Positions 18,553 to 28,799 are shown, counted from the stretch's first letter. The stretch is 64,000 nt of DNA from a virus (IMGVR_UViG_3300033064_008235:1691-65690), one strand, 5' to 3'. Notes: generated by a model from the letters alone, not told the origin. Numbers and translations: made by a program.

Positions 18553-20147
18553 GCTAGTTTGGTTACTGAATAATTAATAGTGGCTGCAACACCAGTGTTA
18601 GTGGTAGCAGCTTTCCAACTTACAATATCAGCAGTTTCGCTCACTGTGAATGTGACCCCAGGTGCGGCATTTTGCACACCTGAATCTGATCCTTGAATGT
18701 TTGTGCCTGCACCGTCGGTGCCGGCCACAATGGTATACACACCTGTTCTGGTATTGACACCTCGCACAATGGTATAGTCGATCTGTACTGCTCTAATGTT
18801 TGTGGCATCAAATGTCAAAATGGTCTGATCAGCTGTGTTGTCAAGCAATGAACCGTTGACGCCAGTTTGCCGCACATAGGTTCCTTGCTGCGTTTGACTG
18901 GCTGAATCAAATGCTATGTTGATACCGTCATTGACGTTGATACGAGCATGAGTGCCGGCATACGCTGTGGTACGTTGAAACATGTCACCAACACTGACAT
19001 TGTTTTGGCCTACAAAATTGATCACTGCTGTTGCAGGCGATGTGGTTCCGTTAAAGTGATTGCCCACATCATAAAACGTGTTATAACCACTGGCATTCAT
19101 TCCAGTATCAGCAGCAATTACAATGCCTTCGGCATAGATATTATCAAACACATTGCCCAGGAAACGGAATCCAGTAGGGCCGCCATTTAACGGAGCAGGA
19201 TTTCCTAACAACACACCTTGATAGTGTGTATCAAATGTGCTCTCTGTTACCAATACACCTTGCACCTGATTGGGAGTCTCAAATGCCCAGGTGGTGCCAC
19301 CAAATGTACACCGACGGAAAGTGATGTTATTACAAACTAAACTTGCAGTGGAGCTAAAATGCACACATGCTACACTATCAAGTGCATCTGTTAGATTAGC
19401 TTCGACTAATGGTCCCCGGAAACTCACATCTGTAAATGTGCATTGTTCAGCATCTTGCACAAGCAATATATCCGCTAGATCCAGGCTCTCAAAACCCATG
19501 TTTGATACAGAGATATCCACAGGGGGAGTAGCGCCATTGTTGCCAATGTTCACACCAGTCTGTTGCAAGCTGTCGCCAAATCTTGCCACATACTCACTCA
19601 GGGTAGACGTGGCAGCGGAAGAATCTAATACAATAACGCTGGAGTTAATACCTTCACCATACAATGTAGCATAAGGTGGAATCACGATTGATTCGGTAAT
19701 TAGGTATCTACCTGCTGGGAAGAACAATCTACGGCGTATCTGTGGATTTGGTTCTCTACAATACAGTTGAAACAATGCACGATTGATAGCATCGGTATCA
19801 TCAGTTACGCCATCGCCTACTGCACCAAAGTCCAGCACAGTGGCAAATTGATCCAACCATTGCTGTAGATTCAAAACTACCGGGCTACCCGATGATGCTC
19901 CTGTTTGTACTGTGTATCCGGCTGCGATGCCTTGGTAAGTGTATGCTCCACCCACTAACAATATGTCACTGTATTCGGTGAGAACTTCTGTATTGCCGAT
20001 TACAGGTGCGCCATCTTGCAAGGTTCCATTGCCGATGTATAATCGACGTTCGTCGATTGCCCAGCCTAGTTCTGCGCCAGCTAATTGTGGCAGATTTTCT
20101 GCTAGACCTTTACGTTGGGTGATCCTCGAGACCTGGACTATAGCCAT
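18549..20147 (-). CDS. Tail fibre/spike-like protein with beta-helix (pectate lyase-like) region
   Basis: LPQLAGAELGWAIDERRLYIGNG head, DFGAVGDGVTDDTDAI, FFPAGRY. Confidence 0.8.
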   Translation of the reverse strand: MAIVQVSRITQRKGLAENLPQLAGAELGWAIDERRLYIGNGTLQDGAPVIGNTEVLTEYSDILLVGGAYTYQGIAAGYTVQTGASSGSPVVLNLQQWLDQFATVLDFGAVGDGVTDDTDAINRALFQLYCREPNPQIRRRLFFPAGRYLITESIVIPPYATLYGEGINSSVIVLDSSAATSTLSEYVARFGDSLQQTGVNIGNNGATPPVDISVSNMGFESLDLADILLVQDAEQCTFTDVSFRGPLVEANLTDALDSVACVHFSSTASLVCNNITFRRCTFGGTTWAFETPNQVQGVLVTESTFDTHYQGVLLGNPAPLNGGPTGFRFLGNVFDNIYAEGIVIAADTGMNASGYNTFYDVGNHFNGTTSPATAVINFVGQNNVSVGDMFQRTTAYAGTHARINVNDGINIAFDSASQTQQGTYVRQTGVNGSLLDNTADQTILTFDATNIRAVQIDYTIVRGVNTRTGVYTIVAGTDGAGTNIQGSDSGVQNAAPGVTFTVSETADIVSWKAATTNTGVAATINYSVTKLA

Positions 20148-20803
20148 TATATTTCTCCCTTAATATTCCAGACACGCTTCCCATCTATTAATTTCCATGT
20201 TTTTCCTTTACATGCAATATTTTCGTGTCCTATTTTTCTTTTATTTACATACGGTGGCAATTTAGGCATATCTGCTCTACGAATTCTCCAACCTTTGGTT
20301 TGTTTCAAAAAAAGTCGACTTGTTGGCGTGTTTAATAATGTTGGAATTGATTTGTCAACATTATGTTCTTTACACCACTTAGATATGTTGTTAACGTACA
20401 CTTCAGTAAAGTCATTAATGCCACTGACATACCATCCTTTTGATCTACTTTCTGCTTGTTTAGCATGCCATAACTTTTTGTGATCATTGGATAACATTTG
20501 AAACCATTTGTTACAACCTTTGAAGTTGTCACCTGGTCCGCCTTGTCCACCAATTGCAATGTTGTAACTTTGTTTGGAATTTACTGCATTGGTGTATCTT
20601 ATCCAGGCAATTTCTGCACAATTAAGATCAGTAACTGACTCACATGTTTCAAGAACAAACTTTTTAAAATTCTGTTTACCGTGTTGTTTTATTGCTTTTT
20701 TAAGTAAGGTACCAGACCCAAGGTACCCAGTACGGCCGTTCTTGTCTTTGCCTATATACCACTTTTTATTAACAACATTGACACTAAGATAAATCTGCAT
20801 CAC
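20147..20803 (-). mobile_element. GIY-YIG (Seg-like) free-standing homing endonuclease
   Basis: IYLSVN..KWYIGK, YLGSG..LKKAI..G..NF, E..WI, YNIA.GG.GG; TAAATA just upstream. Confidence 0.88.
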
Positions 20804-20829
20804 GTATTTAGCCAGAATCCGTCAGGCAA

Positions 20830-21546
20830 CTAAATGTGTTTGGTATAGTATTCTTCTACCTTGTGCCACCATAAGTTACAATAACGATCGTACTCAGAAC
20901 CTTCCAATACAAATTCTTGATATTGAGGTGGGCTTATGATGTTATGATTGGCGTCAAGTTCAGGTTTCACACACATGAGAATCACTCCCTTGCGTATTTT
21001 TGTGCCATGCAATTCATTGTGAGCTTCTGCATAAGCACACAGTTGAACAAAGTAATCATCAATCCATTCACGCTTTTTTGGCTTGTTGGATTGTTTGTAA
21101 TCCAAGATACTTTCTTGATTCAAGTGCAATCCTGCACCATCAGTGGTGCCTGCATATATCTTGGGGAAATATACTGGTACTTCAATTCCCCAGAATTCAT
21201 TTACATTTTTCAATCCATCACGGATCACAGTCTTGGCCATTTCATGACTGCTCCACGAAAATGGATTGGTACCACGTTCTTTGATTGAACCTTTTTTCAC
21301 GTAGTCTTCAAGATACGTGTGCATACGTGTGCCACGATTGGCAGCTTCGGTAGTAATCTGTTGTGCTTTTTCTGCACCCACTGCACGCCGCCAATTATGC
21401 AGTGCTGCTTTGCTTTCTTCGCTTTTGGTCTTGTCAAGAATAGTAGTCACTGATGGCAACTTGTTTCCATCTGGTGTGGCATAAAAACGTTTGCCGTCTA
21501 TTGTGACTCTGGGAATCTCTTGGTAATCAAATTTTGGATTGTACAA
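20830..21546 (-). CDS. PD-(D/E)XK exonuclease (Cas4/RecB-like)
   Basis: LPSVTTIL, RGTRMH, YAGTTD, LDYKQS, QLCAYA; likely TTG start at 21546. Confidence 0.85.
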   Translation of the reverse strand: MYNPKFDYQEIPRVTIDGKRFYATPDGNKLPSVTTILDKTKSEESKAALHNWRRAVGAEKAQQITTEAANRGTRMHTYLEDYVKKGSIKERGTNPFSWSSHEMAKTVIRDGLKNVNEFWGIEVPVYFPKIYAGTTDGAGLHLNQESILDYKQSNKPKKREWIDDYFVQLCAYAEAHNELHGTKIRKGVILMCVKPELDANHNIISPPQYQEFVLEGSEYDRYCNLWWHKVEEYYTKHI

Positions 21547-21547
21547 A

Positions 21548-21868
21548 TTAAACTCTAAAACTTTCTCCACAACCGCAGCGGTCACGTTCATTTTTGTTGA
21601 TAAATTCAAAACCTTCGTTGAGACCTTGTCGCTTGTAGTCTACTAGCATGCCGTCAAGATAAGGTAAGTGTTTGGGATCAACAAATAATTTACAGTTGTT
21701 AGCATCAATATAGATATCGTCCGGTTGCACAGTGTCTACATATTCTAACACATAAGCAAGACCAGAGCAACCGGTTGTTTTGACCCCTATACGGATGCCA
21801 ATTCCGTATCCTCTACGTTGAATGGTTTGAGTTATTTTTCCAGCAGCAGTTTCAGTTAACGAGATCAT
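21548..21868 (-). CDS. iscA: Fe-S cluster assembly protein IscA
   Basis: ISLTETAA, TTGCSGLAY, CGCGESF. Confidence 0.95.
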   Translation of the reverse strand: MISLTETAAGKITQTIQRRGYGIGIRIGVKTTGCSGLAYVLEYVDTVQPDDIYIDANNCKLFVDPKHLPYLDGMLVDYKRQGLNEGFEFINKNERDRCGCGESFRV

Positions 21869-22590
21869 AAGGTCTTAATAAATTCTAGTAAATGGCTTTC
21901 CCATACAACTGTTACTGTGTATCCTAGAGATTCAAGATGCTTCTTTCTATCTTCGTCTAATTTTCTACGCTCTACAGCGGTCATTTTAAAATGCTGGTGC
22001 ATAAAATCGTCTGCATATTTAATGGGATTACAATGCCAATAATCGCCATATACTTCGATAATATGTTTGGTTTGTTTGTTGATAAAATCAACATTGTAAT
22101 AACTTATCTGAACGTTATTTTCATAGTTTGGCAAATATGGTAATAACTTGTCTTCAAGACTGCTTCTTTTTTTGGTCAGCAACACTTCATTCATCTTGGA
22201 CATAGACATGGAATTCTCTAATCGTCTACGATCAGCGACTTCTTTGCCATACATTTCATCCCACGACTTACCTTTGAATCTACCTTTGTTGGCAGCACCA
22301 ATTGCCAATTTGGTAGATTCTGAATGCCATTGGTCTGATCTAGGGTGTCCAATTGCTTTCCATCGTGCAGTTCGGTTGTCAATCGACGATTTAAACTTGG
22401 TCTGATAATCAGCATTCTGTTTTTGAGCAATACTTTTTTGTCGTTGTACTTCTCTTGCAGCTGGATCACTAAATTGTTTTACAGTAATTTGTCTTGCAAG
22501 TTCATTTTTGCAGACCTTAGAGCAGGTTCGGCGTTTTGATCCCGGATATTTTGTCTCAAATTCTACAGCACAGATTGCACATTTATTCAT
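21865..22590 (-). mobile_element. Vsr/DUF559-like putative homing endonuclease between iscU and iscA
   Basis: CxxC..CSxxC, HSESTK (NUMOD3-like), VDF..IIEVYGDYWHCNP..GYTVTVVWE. Confidence 0.8.
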
Positions 22591-22594
22591 ACTT

Positions 22595-22633
22595 CCCCCT
22601 GTAATTATTTATCAGATAAATATCCACAAGGGG
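22595..22633 (-). promoter_or_regulatory. RBS-sequestering hairpin containing a late promoter
   Basis: CCCCTTGT pairs with ACAGGGGG (SD); inner TATTTATC/GATAAATA arm carries ATAAATA. Confidence 0.7.
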
Positions 22634-22639
22634 TAATTA

Positions 22640-23031
22640 TTACGGACTGATTTGTTTTGATCGATAGTCGGCGATAGCAGCCTTTAGGCTATCCTCCGCT
22701 AATATAGAGCAATGAATTTTGACTAGGGAGGGAGACTAAGTTCGCTGGCTATCTGCGAATTCTTAATCTCCCCTGCCTCCTTTAATGTTAGCCCTTTTAT
22801 CATTTCGGATACTAAACTTGAACTAGCCAAAGCAGATCCGCAACCATAAGTTTTCCATTTTGCATCTAAAATAATATCAGTGACAGGATCAACTTTAATT
22901 TGTAATTTTAAAACATCTCCGCAAGCAGGTGCTCCCACCAGTCCTGTTCCTACACTTGGATCATTAGGATCAAACTTACCTACATTACGTGGATTTTCAA
23001 AATGGTCAATCAACTGAGAAGAATAAGCCAT
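22640..23031 (-). pseudogene. iscU: IscU scaffold with frameshift at the LPPVK motif
   Basis: DHFENPRNVG, GAPACGD, GCGSA..SSS, then LSLPP-TAG; VKIHCSILAEDSLKAAIADYRSKQISP* continues in another frame. Confidence 0.85.
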
Positions 23032-23091
23032 GTACGTTTCCTTTCATAAATTTATATAACAACTACTCAAATGTAATCCCAATCATTAGGA

Positions 23092-23439
23092 TTACACTCC
23101 GCGGTCTTTTTTCATTGCGGATTGTGCTGCTTGTGCTACAATGTTTTGTGCTTGATTAACTGGCATTGTGACCGGGACTGGTTTTTCGCCGCCTTTGAAT
23201 GTTAGTTCTGTTGCATTGGGCGCCATTGGTTCAATCAACCCACTTAGTGGTGGTTGCCCAACTAGTGTTTGTAAAGTATCAGGGTTGATATCTATACCCA
23301 TGCTTCGTGCTCGATTGATAAATGCCTGCACTGGCATTTGCATCTTGGCAGAAGTATCTTGTGCTCTACCCACAGCAAACTTGGCCAAGGCCAGGAGTTT
23401 GTCTGCGGTAACATCTGCGTCTACTTCATTGATTCGCAT
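23092..23439 (-). CDS. Hypothetical (possible head-associated) protein
   Basis: Starts MRINE; coupled to upstream gene. Confidence 0.7.
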   Translation of the reverse strand: MRINEVDADVTADKLLALAKFAVGRAQDTSAKMQMPVQAFINRARSMGIDINPDTLQTLVGQPPLSGLIEPMAPNATELTFKGGEKPVPVTMPVNQAQNIVAQAAQSAMKKDRGV

Positions 23440-24332
23440 TATCTGCGCTCGCGGCCTAGAGCTGCTGCTGGCGCTGCACCAGGTTCAATGTCTGCTACTT
23501 CAACTTCCTCGCCCGGTGCAGGACCAGCTAGGCCCATATCTCCTGCTGGAGGGGCCATGCCTGCATCTGCACCAGGCATGGCCACAGGAGCTTGTCCAGT
23601 AACCACGCCCAATGCTTGTTCTAGCTGTTGTTTGCTGGTTTGCAAATTCTGCACCAGACCACTCAATGCTGCTTGTGCATCATTGTTGAACTGTGCAGCT
23701 TGGTCAGACCCAATTTGATTTTTAATTGAGTCAACTAATGCTGGCAATTCTTTAAATTGCATTTCAGTACTGTCTTCAATCATGTCTTGCAGCTTGTCAA
23801 CCATGTCTTGTGCGGCCAATACAACCTGAGCTTGTTGCACTTCACCTTCGCTGAGATAGTAACCATATCCTTGCGCACGTAGACGAAGTTCAGTTTCTTG
23901 CACTGTGGCAGTGGTGTTAATATTGTTCAGTTCGTTCTGTTTATCAGTTACTTGTTTTTTCAAGTCGTCAAGTTCTTGCTGCACCTGCTTCTTTTGATCC
24001 ATTTTTTGCTTCATGGCCATGGCAGCAGCCTGTTGAGGATTCACACCCGGAGCTTCACCGGGTACAGCAGTTGCACCCATTTCAGCTTCGTAGATCTTTT
24101 CAGCTAATGCTTGTTCTACCATCATGAGCTTGAGATAACTTGGATTCTTTTCGCTGGTGTGTCGAGCAGGACTGCTACGAACTTCGCTTAAAACACCACG
24201 CACCTGACGATACATGTCATGCAGTTGTTTGCGATTCAAAGTGTCAAATTGAACCGATTGGTCAAAATGACTTTCAAATACCTTAGAGATTTGTCGTGTA
24301 GGGCGTGTTACGGCCAGTTCGTTTAGTTTCAT
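23439..24332 (-). CDS. Putative prohead core/scaffold-like protein
   Basis: MKLNEL start, coiled coils, repeated (I/L)xE sites, A/P/G-rich tail. Confidence 0.6.
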   Translation of the reverse strand: MKLNELAVTRPTRQISKVFESHFDQSVQFDTLNRKQLHDMYRQVRGVLSEVRSSPARHTSEKNPSYLKLMMVEQALAEKIYEAEMGATAVPGEAPGVNPQQAAAMAMKQKMDQKKQVQQELDDLKKQVTDKQNELNNINTTATVQETELRLRAQGYGYYLSEGEVQQAQVVLAAQDMVDKLQDMIEDSTEMQFKELPALVDSIKNQIGSDQAAQFNNDAQAALSGLVQNLQTSKQQLEQALGVVTGQAPVAMPGADAGMAPPAGDMGLAGPAPGEEVEVADIEPGAAPAAALGRERR

Positions 24333-24774
24333 TTGAGTTTCCTCGTAGTTGCCAGTATTTAGCCAAATTTATACATTTTGCTAGTTGTTTTTCTAGGATC
24401 AGAGTATGTTCTTGCCTAGCACTTGTTTTATTAATCAAGTTTTCCCATGTGTTCCCAGCTGTGCGATCAGCCAATGCACGCCGTACAAATATGTCATTGT
24501 GTAATCTCACAATAGATTGATCTAATTCTTTTATTTGTCTAGCCAAGTTAAATTGATTTAAATTATCTGCCACGCACCAGGCCAAGGCAGATTTTGTACC
24601 AGAAAATTCACCAATGTCATCATCACGCAGGCAAACTTGAAATCCTGTGGGCACAGGGAGTATGGTGTATTTGCCAAATACTCGATACTTCTTGCCATCT
24701 TCTATGATCACTTTGTTCAGAAGCAGCGGCAGCTCTTGTTCTGCCAGGGCAGCCAATTTACCACTGGCTTTCAT
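24283..24774 (-). CDS. Hypothetical protein
   Basis: Probable start MKASGK overlapping upstream stop. Confidence 0.65.
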   Translation of the reverse strand: MKASGKLAALAEQELPLLLNKVIIEDGKKYRVFGKYTILPVPTGFQVCLRDDDIGEFSGTKSALAWCVADNLNQFNLARQIKELDQSIVRLHNDIFVRRALADRTAGNTWENLINKTSARQEHTLILEKQLAKCINLAKYWQLRGNSNETKRTGRNTPYTTNL

Positions 24775-25031
24775 TTGAATACGTAATTTGTTAGCATCCA
24801 ACCCACTGTGGCCACAAGGAATCCAATTATAGCAATTCCCCATCCAATCAGTTGATCATTGCGTTTGGCTGACATGGCATGCACCATTTCATGCACTGAC
24901 TCTACCATGACTTTTACCGAATCAATGCCGCTATCAACAGTCTCAATTTTGAGTTCCAGCATGCGATAACGCTCTGCACAAAGCTCAACATGTGCTTCTA
25001 GACTTTTCTTTTCAATATCTGTAGTGTCCAT
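24771..25031 (-). CDS. Small coiled-coil protein with C-terminal TM
   Basis: LEAHVELCAERY, hydrophobic C-terminus. Confidence 0.7.
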   Translation of the reverse strand: MDTTDIEKKSLEAHVELCAERYRMLELKIETVDSGIDSVKVMVESVHEMVHAMSAKRNDQLIGWGIAIIGFLVATVGWMLTNYVFK

Positions 25032-25034
25032 GAG

Positions 25035-25445
25035 TTATTTATGGTCCAACGTCTCAAACCAAATGTTCACATCTGGGCGTAACAATGTGGTCAATTGTTG
25101 TTCAACATAATTAATGATAGGTACACCATCGCAGGCTTGTCGCAGTCTTCCCACAGGATCATTTGCAACTGAAAACACATCATCAAATTCTGTATCAAAC
25201 TCAAATTGCCAGCGTTGATCCTTGGCTCGCACACGAGAAACTCGTACTGGTTGTGTGTAAAGACCAATCAACTGCATGATAGTTTCCCAGTTGCGTTGTT
25301 GGTTACGACTACGAACCCATGTGGATATGTTGGTCACTCGCTGACCCAATTGATCTGTAAACGGCAGTAAATTTTCTCTTATGTGTCCAGTAACTCCAGT
25401 GGGTCTGCAATCAAAGTCAGTGGTTATTTGTATACTCAATGTCAT
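25035..25445 (-). CDS. Hypothetical protein
   Basis: 136 aa ORF; GTAAATA upstream. Confidence 0.7.
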   Translation of the reverse strand: MTLSIQITTDFDCRPTGVTGHIRENLLPFTDQLGQRVTNISTWVRSRNQQRNWETIMQLIGLYTQPVRVSRVRAKDQRWQFEFDTEFDDVFSVANDPVGRLRQACDGVPIINYVEQQLTTLLRPDVNIWFETLDHK

Positions 25446-25460
25446 ATGGTATTTACGGCC

Positions 25461-25493
25461 AAAAAAAAGCCTTGAAATTAATCCAAGGCTTTT
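25461..25493 (-). terminator. Intrinsic terminator
   Basis: AAGCCTTG-loop-CAAGGCTT followed by a T run on minus strand. Confidence 0.8.
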
Positions 25494-25513
25494 GTGGTTT
25501 ACTCTGCGTAAGA

Positions 25514-25945
25514 TTACACAGGAGCAAAGCCAGCTGCGCTGGTGGTAAACACAGCATTACCTGCACATGAATTCAATTGAATGTTTTGTCCACCGGAAGC
25601 TACAGTAGCACTGGTATTAGCAGTGGCCAACAATGTTGTACTGGTGAAAGCACCTGTTGGATACACAGCCAAGTTAAGAATTGTGGGTGCTGCTGGGCTG
25701 ACCTGATACATGGCCACTGTGCCTTTGGTCTGGACGGCTTGCATCACATTGTTGATGTAACCATTGACGTTAGCGGAACTGACCAATGAAGCGTTAGCCA
25801 CAAAGCTGAAGAAATCCAGCTTGGGGCCTTGAAAGTTCACTGAGCCAGTTGCAGCAATGTTAGCTGTGCCTGCGATGTTACCATTGGCTGTGTCCATGTT
25901 GAACACTGGTTGTGTGGTACCGTTTGTTTTTGTAAATTGTGCCAT
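25514..25945 (-). CDS. Putative abundant virion protein
   Basis: A/T/N/G-rich; AGGAG RBS, ATAAATA upstream, own terminator. Confidence 0.65.
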   Translation of the reverse strand: MAQFTKTNGTTQPVFNMDTANGNIAGTANIAATGSVNFQGPKLDFFSFVANASLVSSANVNGYINNVMQAVQTKGTVAMYQVSPAAPTILNLAVYPTGAFTSTTLLATANTSATVASGGQNIQLNSCAGNAVFTTSAAGFAPV

Positions 25946-26006
25946 TTTAAAATCTCCTAAGTTAGTGGGTTTTTGCCCTACACTTATTTATGAATTTGGT
26001 AAAAAA

Positions 26007-27983
26007 TTAGGCCCTTGGCGGATTGTTTCTTGCTTTGTTTCTGGCAGTGAAATCAAATCTGTTCACTGCCTTGCCATAGCCTGCAGGGGTGGCAAACACC
26101 CATCCTTCATTGCCGGGCACCTGTGTATCTAATTGTGATAGCAAATCTAATTTTAAATCGTGCAACAATTCAAACAACAAAAACGCAGCAGCCAGTGCCT
26201 GTTCATTTGAAGTGGGGCTACGCAGATACTGTGCAATGTTGTTTACCTTTTGCGGAGTTTGTGTTTGTTGTAACCAAGACAAAAATCCCGGAACTAGATC
26301 ATTAAAATCTCCAGTGTATGCAGCATGATTGGGATCCACACGCTTGTTGATATAATCAATTGCTAGTTTGGCCAGGTCGGTTATTTTCATAGCTCGCAAT
26401 TCTGTAGGATTAAACAATATATCTAATGCTGCACGATTTTGGCGCAATAATTTTTTAATCTCTTTTGTTATGGTGTCATTCTTGGGCACAGCTTTGGCAT
26501 AGATTGGCTCAATCAACAACAAACCAGATACCGGGTTGAATTTGACTCTGCTGAGTGGCTGCTTGGCTGCTCCGGCATCTTCATACATGGTGTGTACTGC
26601 CACCCCTACATCACTGTTGGCAATTTGTTGCCCAAGTTTGCTGTTGGCAGGAATACGATACTGTACAGTGTTGGGTTGGAATACTAGATTACCAGCTTCT
26701 ACAGGTGGGGTCTGTATGTATAATAAATCACCCTTTACATACCCACGGAAGTTGGTAGGAGTGGCTGCTTCAAGATATGGCCAAATGGTTTGATACACCG
26801 GCAGTAATGTTTTAATTCGGGTAGCTGCATTTCCTTTGGCTGCTGCATTAGCATCTCTGCGAGCCATATCGTCAGCAATAGCATCCTGACTAGTGAACAG
26901 CCCATCGTAACCAGCTGCTGTGAATCCTGCGTCATCTGTGAGCACAAACTCACCAGTATCGGGCTTGCGACCAAACACCACTGCTGGTTTGCCATCCCAT
27001 TTTACTGATCCAGTTTTAGGATTGGTGTAGAATGAATCTGCAATGGCCAATGCTTGATCAACACCAGCGGTTCCGCTACGGAAAATATAATCTTCTAGAT
27101 GTTCAATGCCCTTGGCTTTACCGCCTATAGCAGCAGGTTCTTGTTCATACAGCTCATATGTTTTTTTAGTCTCAATCAATGGCAGCATGCCTTGATTTAC
27201 AATTCTATCACGTAGCCTTGCCAAGAAGTTGACATCATTTTCTTTTACTGTGGTCACGGGCTCTTGTAATCCTTCACGTGAGAGATATTCACGAAAGTCG
27301 GCTAGCTTGGTATTTCGTGCAGGATCTTGTGCCAATGCAGCATAGATGGATTCTACATTCTTTAGATTGTCACGGTCGGCACCTTGCCCTAGCAGCACAC
27401 TGGCCACATAGTCAGGGTTCATACCGCCATCAATCAGCTGATTTGTCACTCTAGAGAACATGCCATTGGCGCCCACTTTGAGGCCCAGTTGTTTGGCCAC
27501 GCTGCTCATCAACACATTGCGATTCATGCCCTTGTATGCAGAATCTGTACCACCAGCATAAAAGAACTGTCCCCAATCTAGGTCTGGAAAGAACATAAAA
27601 TCTGTTTGCACAAAGCCCTTGTTGGAATCTCCTGCAATAGGTGTTCGCAAGTGTACTTCGCCGCCCTTTTTGACCCATTCTTTAGGATCAAGTTGTTGAC
27701 TCTGCACAAACTGTGTGAGAATAGCAGCCAATTGTTCTTTGCTGATTTCATTGAGATCCACAGCTAGATCTAAATCGCCCGATGTAGGCTTTTTGCCTGT
27801 GCTGCCTAGCCAACGCAAGGGTATGCCGTCTGACCCTTTTTCTGTGGTAAAGTCAATGCCAGTGACTTGTTCAATCCAGTCAATTGTGGCCGGCACATCT
27901 TCAAGATTGATGCGTTGTGTCAACGATTCGCCCGACTTGGTTTTGAATACGTTGCCACCTTCAAGTAGCTGTTTAATTTGCAT
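26007..27983 (-). CDS. Pol-beta-type nucleotidyltransferase fused to a ligase-like (KWDG) domain
   Basis: LGSTGKKPTSGDLDLAVD and FVQTDFM in the N-half; HLED, SVKWDGKPAV, VKGDLLY, EGWV in the C-half. Confidence 0.65.
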   Translation of the reverse strand: MQIKQLLEGGNVFKTKSGESLTQRINLEDVPATIDWIEQVTGIDFTTEKGSDGIPLRWLGSTGKKPTSGDLDLAVDLNEISKEQLAAILTQFVQSQQLDPKEWVKKGGEVHLRTPIAGDSNKGFVQTDFMFFPDLDWGQFFYAGGTDSAYKGMNRNVLMSSVAKQLGLKVGANGMFSRVTNQLIDGGMNPDYVASVLLGQGADRDNLKNVESIYAALAQDPARNTKLADFREYLSREGLQEPVTTVKENDVNFLARLRDRIVNQGMLPLIETKKTYELYEQEPAAIGGKAKGIEHLEDYIFRSGTAGVDQALAIADSFYTNPKTGSVKWDGKPAVVFGRKPDTGEFVLTDDAGFTAAGYDGLFTSQDAIADDMARRDANAAAKGNAATRIKTLLPVYQTIWPYLEAATPTNFRGYVKGDLLYIQTPPVEAGNLVFQPNTVQYRIPANSKLGQQIANSDVGVAVHTMYEDAGAAKQPLSRVKFNPVSGLLLIEPIYAKAVPKNDTITKEIKKLLRQNRAALDILFNPTELRAMKITDLAKLAIDYINKRVDPNHAAYTGDFNDLVPGFLSWLQQTQTPQKVNNIAQYLRSPTSNEQALAAAFLLFELLHDLKLDLLSQLDTQVPGNEGWVFATPAGYGKAVNRFDFTARNKARNNPPRA

Positions 27984-28218
27984 TACTGCGCCTCACTGTT
28001 CTGGCAAACTTGCTTGTATCTCGAGTACGGATAGCATTAAGCAATTTGCGTGTTAAATTTTCTGCTTGTTCCTGGGTGTACGAAGCATCAATCTGTTCCA
28101 GTAGATTGATTGCACCAGCAATCACATTTGCAGCACGGCTCTCTATCACTAGGTCGCGTTCACGCTCGATATACATAGAATCTAATTCTTCTAATAGACT
28201 GCGAGTTCGTTTTTGCAT
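27973..28218 (-). CDS. Hypothetical helical protein
   Basis: 81 aa; ATAAATA upstream. Confidence 0.7.
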   Translation of the reverse strand: MQKRTRSLLEELDSMYIERERDLVIESRAANVIAGAINLLEQIDASYTQEQAENLTRKLLNAIRTRDTSKFARTVRRSNAN

Positions 28219-28250
28219 ATGGATAAAGACCTTTGACTTATTTATTGGTT

Positions 28251-28799
28251 TTAAGTTGTTTTAATCTTGCCCAATAATTGTTTGAGCTTGGAACTTTGCA
28301 CATCTGCTGAGATCTTTGAATCCAATGGCTCATTACCATCCTTGGGTTTTGATCGATCCCATCCGCCTGTGGAGCCAGTGGTTTCTGTCGAAGTAACCGA
28401 TGCTTTTGCCTTGATGGAATCCATCAAGCTGGGTTTGCGGAATGAGTTTTCGCCATCATCACCTCCAGCATCTGTAATACGCATGGTATCAATGTTGTAT
28501 TCAAGATCAATCTTTTGCCCCACGCCTGTTGAACTACGCGACTTCATACATTGAATTTGATACTTGCCACGCTCTTTCATTTGTCTGCTGGTGAAAATAC
28601 CAAACACATTGTCTGCTGTGTTGATCTTGCTGATACCACCTGAAATATGACTGTGATCAAACTCTACTTCTTCCACGGCAGAATTATGAGTCAGAATGTC
28701 ATTGGCATAAAACAATCTATTACCAGACACATTTATGTCTATTGTTTCTTCTTCTCCGATATATTCGATTGATTCGATCTCGTCCCAAATATTATTCAT
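28251..28799 (-). CDS. gp41 helicase C-terminal part with 39 aa IntC (28683-28799)
   Basis: MNNIWDEIESIEYIGEEETIDINVSGNRLFYANDILTHN|SAVEE..HISGGISKINTADNV..KSR. Confidence 0.93.
   Translation of the reverse strand: MNNIWDEIESIEYIGEEETIDINVSGNRLFYANDILTHNSAVEEVEFDHSHISGGISKINTADNVFGIFTSRQMKERGKYQIQCMKSRSSTGVGQKIDLEYNIDTMRITDAGGDDGENSFRKPSLMDSIKAKASVTSTETTGSTGGWDRSKPKDGNEPLDSKISADVQSSKLKQLLGKIKTT

Noticed and set aside
20830-21546. CRISPR-Cas system suggested by the Cas4-like nuclease
   Set aside because: No repeat-spacer array or other cas genes seen; stand-alone exonucleases of this type are common in T4-like phages.
22723-22725. TAG stop-codon reassignment
   Set aside because: Readthrough would not restore the iscU frame. 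TAG ends other genes normally (7381, 37640), and long genes are intact under the standard code.
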